Positions 58,001 through 64,000 of a stretch of DNA of 64,000 nucleotides are shown here, piece by piece. Source of the DNA: Marsupella aquatica. Taxonomy: Eukaryota; Plantae; Marchantiophyta. The stretch spans positions 23,373,899-23,437,898 of the forward strand of contig OZ316891.1 of NCBI GenBank assembly GCA_973895155.1, in the 5' to 3' direction. The notes under the pieces are model-generated. The model searched no databases and was not told the origin of the DNA. It saw nothing but the letters and a program-made list of their open reading frames with translations. The first letter of the stretch is position 1. Every line of letters begins with the position of its first letter. A program made the position numbers and the translations under genes.

Positions 58001-61000
58001 GGAGGTGGATCCTTTGTCACATGGGCCATTATTTCTTCAACGTCAGATTCTTTGTAATGTGACAATAGCTCCTCTCTAAAGTCATCATCCAGGATGTCAT
58101 TCAAAAACTGCTCTCTTTGCTCATCATCAAACATGATCGTGTGGGCTTGCATTTCCACCTCCTCGGGGTGATCCTCTGCCTCCCTATCATGAATCTCTAG
58201 AGGTTCAGCCTCCATAATTTTGCTTCGCTCGTCTTCCATCTCTTCTAGAACAGCGTGCACTTGGCTAACTGATTCCTCTACTGCATGCTCTTGAGTAGCA
58301 ACTCCGGGGCCAAAAACATCTTCCTCCGTGAGGTGAGAAATCAGTTTCACCATGTATACTTCATCCTCGTCTTCATCTGAGGTGACCTCTGAATCATATT
58401 CCTCCTCCATAGTCGTAGTCTCCCCGTGAGGTGACTCCGCTGACCATGGAATAGTGATAGTGGGGATACCAAACCGAAACTGCCGTTTGCCCCAATCACT
58501 TGTGACCTTGGCCACATACAACCATGGCCTGCCAATTAAAATGGGAAAACCGTACGGCCGAACGGGTCGCATCACCAAATAGTTGAGGGGGAAAGATTTT
58601 CCCCCAATCATTGTTGGAATCTTGGTGAGACACCCCAACGGCACCACCCGTGCACCATCAGCCAACCTCATGGCACGTGCCGGTGGTTCTAACTCTGTAT
58701 ACCCCAACCGGTTTGCCGTCTCCTCAGTCATGATGTTGACTCCCGAGCCCCCGTCCACCGGTACAAACCGTATTGCACATCCATTGATGTCCACCGTGAG
58801 TTCTGGGGCACCCAAATCCTCCGTGACCCAGTTGACTTGTATGGGGTCAGCCCCAACTTTGGGTAACCTTCTTCTACGTCTCCTCCTCATGAGAATCTCC
58901 TTGACTTGGCGACGGTATAGGGAGCTATCCCGTAATAGTTGACCAATTGTGGCACTGACTGGGCAATCCAGAATGTCTTGAGCAATGTTGTACGCGGTTG
59001 CAGGAGGTATGGGTGGGATGACCTCTTCTCCCGGTTTCCAACGAACAACCCTCTCCTCCGCTTTCTTTCTGGCCTTTGCCTCCTCCATGTCTTTGTCAAT
59101 GGCCGCTTGCATGGCTTGTGCTTCTAGCTCCTCCAACTGCTTACGTACCTCTTCTCCCACCTTCGGATAGAACAACTTGGGGTTGTCCCGATCAAAGTCA
59201 CTATCCTCCATGGGTGGCACCTCCGGTTCGTGTGAGGTACCCGATGTGGAAGCTTGATGCACCTCCTTGTACTTCTGCTTGAGCTCGGACTTGCCCTTCT
59301 TTTTGCCGGATCGAGTGGAGACTCGGTAACAAGAGTAATGCCTTCTCTCCTCGTCGCTGTCTTCCTCCGGTAGATTCTCAGCATGAGTCCACTCATGACT
59401 TGGGGGTGAGGGGTTAGCAACTTCAACTTCCGTAGATGTTGCAACAACAACCACCGGTATCTCAACAACTGGAGATACTACAACGACTAGCGGTACCACC
59501 TCCTCCGTTATGGTGGTCATCCTTTGCTTGGGAATGTTCACTACGGTTTCTTCTCTTCTAGTGATTAGAGGGGTGTCGACTGCTTCCGTGGTGAGAAAGT
59601 TGACGCTAGCTTCTTTCAGAGGAGGTGGCGGCCCCTTCTTCTCTTGTGCCCCAATCGGTTGAGCCTTGAACGCCTCCAAGGTTGGGCAGTGTGGTGCAAG
59701 ACGACCCTCCCCCTTGCATAGTTGACACAGCCGGGCAAAATCTCCATTGCCTTGACGGGTGGGCTCTGGGCACACATTAGCGTAGTGGCCCGCCACTCTA
59801 CAATTGTAACAAATAGGGATCTTCCTCACTCCAGGGTACGGTGGTCGATTCCCTGGGTTAGCGTTGGAATAGTTGGAGTATGCGGGTGCTCCGGCGTTTG
59901 TTGAAACTCCATGAATGCTCCGTGGTCCCGGGTTGAGAGGTTGTACACTATACACGTTGGCCTCTGGTGGCTCCTCCATGAAGTACTCTATTGGCCCTTC
60001 CGCTGCATATGAAGGATTTGAGTAGCTTGCCCCCTCAACATCCTCCTCCCGTACTTGGAAAACCTTGGCTGGTTCTCCCGCTGGGCACTCCTTCGGGGCA
60101 TGACCAAACTTCATGCACTTGGTGCACCACACATTGGCTCTCTCCACCGGAACTTTTCTCCTCTCAGGTTTGAGTCCGGCAAAATGTACTTTCAACGCTT
60201 TCATTTGCTCCGTCAGCTCATCATATCTGGCCTCTTGCTCCTTCAGGCGTCTTGCCGTAGACAATGGTGTAACGGCCACCGTGGGTAGTATCACTTCACG
60301 GTGAGAGGACTTCTTGACTTTCTTTGACAACTTCTTCTTCTTCCTCCTTCGTCTTTCAGCTTCTGACTCCGTAGTGTCTGACTCTGTAGTACTCTCAGAA
60401 TCCTCAGATTCATCACTACTATCTGAATCAGATCCACTCGACTCCTCACTGGAGGAACTGTCAACCGGCTTCAGCTTCTTTCTTCGGCAACGCTTGCTTG
60501 TGGCATCAGCTGCGGTGTATGACTCCGCTGCTGCAATAGCTTCAGCCAATGTGGTTGGCTTGGCTTGACGTACAAAGAACCCCATCTTGCTTGGTAGGGC
60601 AGCCACAAACCAGGCTTGACGCATAGCATCATCGGTACGGGCTTGGATCCGACGTACCAGCTTTTGGAACCTTTGCAAAAACCTCCGTAATGACTCCTTC
60701 TTCTTCATCCTGAGTTGGCCCACCTTTAATAGTGAGGTGGCCTCCACTCCTATGGATCTGAACTCCTTCAAGAAGGCTTGCTTGAACAGAGCCCAATCAG
60801 CTTTCACGTTGGCCAACAACGAAATGAACCATGGACCTGCCTCCCCTCTCATCATTCCAGGAATGATAGTGAGCTTATGTGCAGACTCCCCATTAGCTTC
60901 GGCAATCCCTTCAAACTCCTCAATCCATTCGTCTGGATCATCCTTTGGTCTCCCCTTGAAGGGTACGTACTGAACACGGGTACGTTGTGCAGCTGCCATC

Positions 61001-61407
61001 GGTGCAGCCGGTGCCTGTATCAACACAGGTGGTAATGGCGCTTGTTGGGCCACCGGTAACAGCACCGATGATAGGTGTGAGATGATTTGTGGCAATGCAG
61101 TGAGCTCTGGGATCAGATTTTGTAACTCAGACTGCACCAACACAAAGGGCTCTCCTTCTTCTCGCTCGTGATCTATGTCTGGCTCTTCGTCTGGGCATAT
61201 GGCCTCATTACGTTGAGCCTCTTCCTGTTGCACACCAACTTGTTCTTCCAGCACCAGTGGCAACCTCCTCTCTTCTGCAAGCCGTAAGCGTTCTTCGGCA
61301 GCAACTCGTCGTCTGGTCCCAATCCAAGAGGGCCCCCCTTCTAGCTCTGATCTTGGGGTACGTGTGTGTTGGGGACTTCCTCTACCTCCCCTTCTCCCTC
61401 TCGGCAT
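55009..61407 (-). CDS. gag-pol: Gag-Pol polyprotein of element B (2132 aa, single frame)
   Basis: Gag, zinc knuckles (third has H to R), protease VDGGSGVN/LIGRPWL, RT FIDDF, RNase H, integrase HHCC/DDE, WMGPY; the last 11 codons run into the 3' LTR. Confidence 0.97.
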   Translation of the reverse strand: MPRGRRGGRGSPQHTRTPRSELEGGPSWIGTRRRVAAEERLRLAEERRLPLVLEEQVGVQQEEAQRNEAICPDEEPDIDHEREEGEPFVLVQSELQNLIPELTALPQIISHLSSVLLPVAQQAPLPPVLIQAPAAPMAAAQRTRVQYVPFKGRPKDDPDEWIEEFEGIAEANGESAHKLTIIPGMMRGEAGPWFISLLANVKADWALFKQAFLKEFRSIGVEATSLLKVGQLRMKKKESLRRFLQRFQKLVRRIQARTDDAMRQAWFVAALPSKMGFFVRQAKPTTLAEAIAAAESYTAADATSKRCRRKKLKPVDSSSSEESSGSDSDSSDESEDSESTTESDTTESEAERRRRKKKKLSKKVKKSSHREVILPTVAVTPLSTARRLKEQEARYDELTEQMKALKVHFAGLKPERRKVPVERANVWCTKCMKFGHAPKECPAGEPAKVFQVREEDVEGASYSNPSYAAEGPIEYFMEEPPEANVYSVQPLNPGPRSIHGVSTNAGAPAYSNYSNANPGNRPPYPGVRKIPICYNCRVAGHYANVCPEPTRQGNGDFARLCQLCKGEGRLAPHCPTLEAFKAQPIGAQEKKGPPPPLKEASVNFLTTEAVDTPLITRREETVVNIPKQRMTTITEEVVPLVVVVSPVVEIPVVVVATSTEVEVANPSPPSHEWTHAENLPEEDSDEERRHYSCYRVSTRSGKKKGKSELKQKYKEVHQASTSGTSHEPEVPPMEDSDFDRDNPKLFYPKVGEEVRKQLEELEAQAMQAAIDKDMEEAKARKKAEERVVRWKPGEEVIPPIPPATAYNIAQDILDCPVSATIGQLLRDSSLYRRQVKEILMRRRRRRRLPKVGADPIQVNWVTEDLGAPELTVDINGCAIRFVPVDGGSGVNIMTEETANRLGYTELEPPARAMRLADGARVVPLGCLTKIPTMIGGKSFPLNYLVMRPVRPYGFPILIGRPWLYVAKVTSDWGKRQFRFGIPTITIPWSAESPHGETTTMEEEYDSEVTSDEDEDEVYMVKLISHLTEEDVFGPGVATQEHAVEESVSQVHAVLEEMEDERSKIMEAEPLEIHDREAEDHPEEVEMQAHTIMFDDEQREQFLNDILDDDFREELLSHYKESDVEEIMAHVTKDPPPSRPDQEESDAPVYGGMRLARLEETFDEETRNKLDVIRPEQYTKVEVGEGKTLNIGSKLDATEQRTIQELLKEYQDVFAWSHQDLKGVPPEFGEHSIDLMSGARPVRQRQYRLNPKYSLMVKEEIDRLLDAGFIYPVMHSEWVSPIVIVPKKKGPDGKVKIRVCQDFRKLNDATKKDHYPLPFTDIVLDMVAGWEIYSFLDGYSGYNQIWIREEDQLKTAFTTEWGIFAFRRMPFGLCNAPGMFQRLMMNIFHDFLRRFLEIFIDDFAVYGKRVKHPEHLRLTFQRCRETCLKLHPEKCFFGIEEGILLGHKVSARGIEVDREKVAVWVAVSFPKNVKEVRGFLGCVGYYRRFIKDFAKVAMPLTSMLKKGSEFEPTPSRQAAFDELKKRLLEAPVLITPNWNKEFHVYVDVSGFCIGAVLSQLDDDGRDHPIYFASRQLAPAEKNYSPTDREALGIIYACKKYRHYLLGYKVVFHTDHNSLKYMVNKPDLSGRIARWVLLLQEFNYEVRVRSGKSHSNADFFSRIEGASDSQEIDDRFPDEEVFSVNTEATTWYGEILEFLRTARVPSRLGPERAAVFLRKTGPYLLVKGVLHKYGMDGRLRRCLEEAEIHTVMAALHEEEAGGHFARETTARKILDAGYWWPTLFRDVHRYIQRCDPCQRQGKPGPSSRHPLVPILPLAPFEKWGVDFIGPFTPITRRGRKRYIILATDYATKWVEARATAKDDANTTARFLYEQIFTRFGPPLELVSDRGTHFLNHTIERLTENYLISHRKTTPYHPRANGLTERANGIMGKILNKTVSAHKTDWDLKLLAATYAYNLAHKTTTGHSPYFLVFGQHSLVPVEFEVPTIRILTREREGAEESVASRIQQLEQLTETREEALTHTEQEQGKRKSHYDSRLRRVSIEEGDLVLLYDSRFMHFPGKLHTRWMGPYVVDAVYSNGSVQLKTLEGQLLNTRINQERLKKYYTEEEYGARGGASQLREELCDGYPVTGSHT
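55045..55058 (-). promoter_or_regulatory. Polypurine tract of element B
   Basis: Minus strand TAAGAGAGGAGCTA immediately before the LTR start TGTGAC. Confidence 0.75.
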
Positions 61408-61624
61408 CCCATTGAGACCTGCATTCCAAACTTACACCAATGTCTCAGAAAGCAATATTTGTAAACATCAACCGTCGCACGATGCGTTGTGGTTGACGTA
61501 CAATAACAAAGTAACCAACAAACTTCTCACGTATCAACCGTCGCAAGTTGCGTTGTGGTTGATAGGTTTGAACTCCCAATAGACGTAGCTCCCCTCCTTC
61601 GTGTCGTCAAACAAGAAGAAGGAT

Positions 61625-61642
61625 TCCCCGGCAGCGGCGCCA
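61625..61642 (-). promoter_or_regulatory. Primer-binding site (tRNA-Asp type) of element B
   Basis: Minus strand TGGCGCCGCTGCCGGGGA, identical to element A's PBS. Confidence 0.9.
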
Positions 61643-61662
61643 AAAACAAAAGACCACACTTA

Positions 61663-64000
61663 TGTCACTTGCCTCTCCAACGGTTAATACGTGCAAACCG
61701 CACTTTTCTTCGCTTAAACCGTTGGTATCGTATTACGGGGTCGTGGAGGGACGCTATTTGGATTCTTTTCACACCAGGATGAGTATTTTGGTTTCCGCTC
61801 CCGGAAATGTAGGTTTTGATCAAGTCTACCGACTACCCTCACCCCACAGCTTTTGATCAAGTCCTGCCGACTACCCCACTACACCTTCACTCGGAGTCAC
61901 CCAAAGAGTGCTGTCACCACCCCTACTCACAAGGCCGACTCAAACCAAGCAAGTTTCTTCAAATCATAGAACGGGAGAACACAATTCGGAAAGCGAAAAA
62001 GGGAGAAGGAACACACAACAAAAGCCCATCAAGTCAAATGTACAGATCCATATCTCTTGGGAAAAACGATACACATTGCATGAGTAACCCGGCCTCCTGC
62101 CGTCTACTCAACTCCTGCCTCTCCGGACAATGAGTATGGCTCCCCCTCACTACTCTGAACACGCTTTCAAACTCCTCAGGCTCCACTCTATCCCTCCTTG
62201 CTAACTTCACACTGAGTCCCCCTAACTACTTCGGGGCTATCCCCCTAAATACTGAAAAATCACACCAAAGCACCCCTCACAGGGTCACAACGGTGGCGGC
62301 TACCCTAGCGGCGCCGCTAAAACCTTGCACTAAGAGAAATCCTTAAACTGAAGAGGAGCATGCGGCACACACATGCTGCTAAAACCCTAAACCCAAAACA
62401 AGGGGGCCGACGGTGCCTTCGACGGCGCCCCAACAGTACACGTGAACCCTGAAAGTGAGAGGCACCCCAAAATGGCCGAAACTAGGTGCCCTTCCAAGTG
62501 CACACCTGAGCTCACCCCTGGATAGCTCTTCTTTTCCTGCTTCCGAATCACTAAGTCGCTCCCTCAACGGACTTCAGACGCCTGAGTTATGGCCGTTTCC
62601 GTACCGCAAAAACATAAGTTCTCCAGGCCATAACTTGCTCATCCTGGCTCCGTTTGAGGAGCGCCGCCTCTTGTTGGAATCAGCTCCGCGAGCTCATCCC
62701 AACAAGCCCATGAGTGACCCCCCACTAAAATGTTGGAAATCTGGAGGCCGTACACCCACGTCCGTACGCCTATCTAATCCTCCTCTTCTTCTTCGCTCTC
62801 GGTGCCCGGACTTGTGCCCCGTGAGTGGTCCTCCTCCTCATCACTCACGGGAGTGAGTGCCACCGTACTTTTCTTCTTCTTCGACGGAGTACTCTTAGTG
62901 CTGCTGCTCCCGCGCTTCCTCAAAGCAGCCAAGGCCTGCCACGCCTTGATGTACCCCTCACCAATTGTGTCCTTCCAGAGGGTAGCCTCTTCTCCGGACC
63001 GCAACTCCAACGGTAGAACTTGCCCCGTGGCCATGGGAGTCCCGGGGGTGACAGACCTGGGTGGCATCCCCGTACTGACCTGAGCCTCCCGTAACGATTT
63101 CCGTACCTCCCGGAGCTTCTTCTCCAAGCTCTTACTCTTCTCCTGACTCTTCTTGGCTCCATCCAACAAGGGTCCATACTTCCCACTAACCTCCTTCACC
63201 ACCATCTCGATAGCTTGGGAGATCACATCCGGGGAAAGTGTGGAGCCAGGTGTGCCGGGACTCTTCCGTTTCCCTAGACTCAGGGCCTCACTTCTCTTCG
63301 CTCGTGTCTCAAAGGCTGCCACCTGACTCCGTAGTGCTCCCACCTGGTTCCTCCACTCCATCACTTCTCCAGAATTTTGCTTCTCTTTGGCCAATGCTTG
63401 CCTCAACGCTCCTACTTCTTCTGCTTCCTTGGCCTTGGTGGACAAAGCTCCCTTCAAGTTGGTGATCTCTACGTGAGCTGCATTGATGTGCCTGACCTTC
63501 TCATGAATGGTCTGCTCCTTGGTCTTGATCACCTCCTTCAGTGACAGGATGCTCTGCTCTAACATCTCTACTTTGACTGTGGCGTGCTTGAGAGACTCCC
63601 TCAATGCGTGGACTAGCTTGAGTCCCTCGTGGACTCCCTCTCTGAAATCCCGTAGCTCTGCCAAGTAAACATCCGGAATGTTGTATTCCAGAGGCTGTTT
63701 CGGATCTCCCACGAGTGATTCAAGCCACTCCAATGTGCAATCATCCTCCTGGTTCTCTTCTTCTCTATTATCCTCCCCACCAGCAGACAATGATTCCTCC
63801 GTGAGCTTCCCTAAAACGGTAGTGGCAATACTCCGGATCTCCGTGGTGAGAGATGATCCCGTGTCTTCATGCCCCGGAGAACCAATCAACCCTTCTGCCC
63901 TGGCCAATACAAATGACCCCATCAAATGTACAGCCCCACCTGGTTTCACACTCCCGGGCTCAGCGGCCAATAGCTTCTTCAATCCGTAGCACCACCATCC
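61663..64000 (-). repeat. 5' LTR of element B (partial; predicted to end ~65740)
   Basis: Near-identical to 50967-53304. Confidence 0.93.
62774..64000 (-). CDS. 5'-LTR copy of the 618-aa LTR-encoded ORF (N-terminus beyond window)
   Basis: Near-identical to the C-terminal ~400 aa of 52078..53934. Confidence 0.85.
   Translation of the reverse strand, partial: GWWCYGLKKLLAAEPGSVKPGGAVHLMGSFVLARAEGLIGSPGHEDTGSSLTTEIRSIATTVLGKLTEESLSAGGEDNREEENQEDDCTLEWLESLVGDPKQPLEYNIPDVYLAELRDFREGVHEGLKLVHALRESLKHATVKVEMLEQSILSLKEVIKTKEQTIHEKVRHINAAHVEITNLKGALSTKAKEAEEVGALRQALAKEKQNSGEVMEWRNQVGALRSQVAAFETRAKRSEALSLGKRKSPGTPGSTLSPDVISQAIEMVVKEVSGKYGPLLDGAKKSQEKSKSLEKKLREVRKSLREAQVSTGMPPRSVTPGTPMATGQVLPLELRSGEEATLWKDTIGEGYIKAWQALAALRKRGSSSTKSTPSKKKKSTVALTPVSDEEEDHSRGTSPGTESEEEEED

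Larger units (their letters stand above)
50967..64000 (-). mobile_element. Young Ty3/Gypsy Athila-like LTR retrotransposon with ~4.1-kb gene-bearing LTRs (element B)
   Basis: Direct repeat at offset 10696 (50967 vs 61663) running to the window end; PBS, intact gag-pol and PPT present. Confidence 0.95.

Overview
Repeat-rich plant nuclear DNA, probably a non-seed plant such as a liverwort (inference only). Two Athila-like (non-chromovirus) Ty3/Gypsy LTR retrotransposons lie on the minus strand and share a tRNA-Asp-type PBS. Element A spans 1-12292 with its 3' end outside the window; element B spans 50967->64000 with near-identical LTRs. Between them are four TG..CA solo-LTR-like insertions with 5-bp TSDs, a ~580-bp tandem repeat array, an intact 4-exon BAHD acyltransferase, a disrupted CYP85-clan P450, two F-box-like ORFs and a SWIM zinc-finger ORF. 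Main observations: (1) Giant ~4-kb LTRs carry their own long gene. Element B has a 618-aa ORF in its 4078-bp 3' LTR (partial copy in the 5' LTR). A 3995-bp solo LTR carries a ~709-769-aa ORF, and a decayed relative lies at 26220-29376. (2) In element A, gag-protease and RT-RH-IN are separated by a single in-frame UGA followed by CAAUUA, the TMV-type readthrough context. (3) Element A also has a second, degenerate protease-like ORF and clusters of a GACGCT-N6-AGCGTC palindrome in its non-coding regions. All alignments were done by eye.
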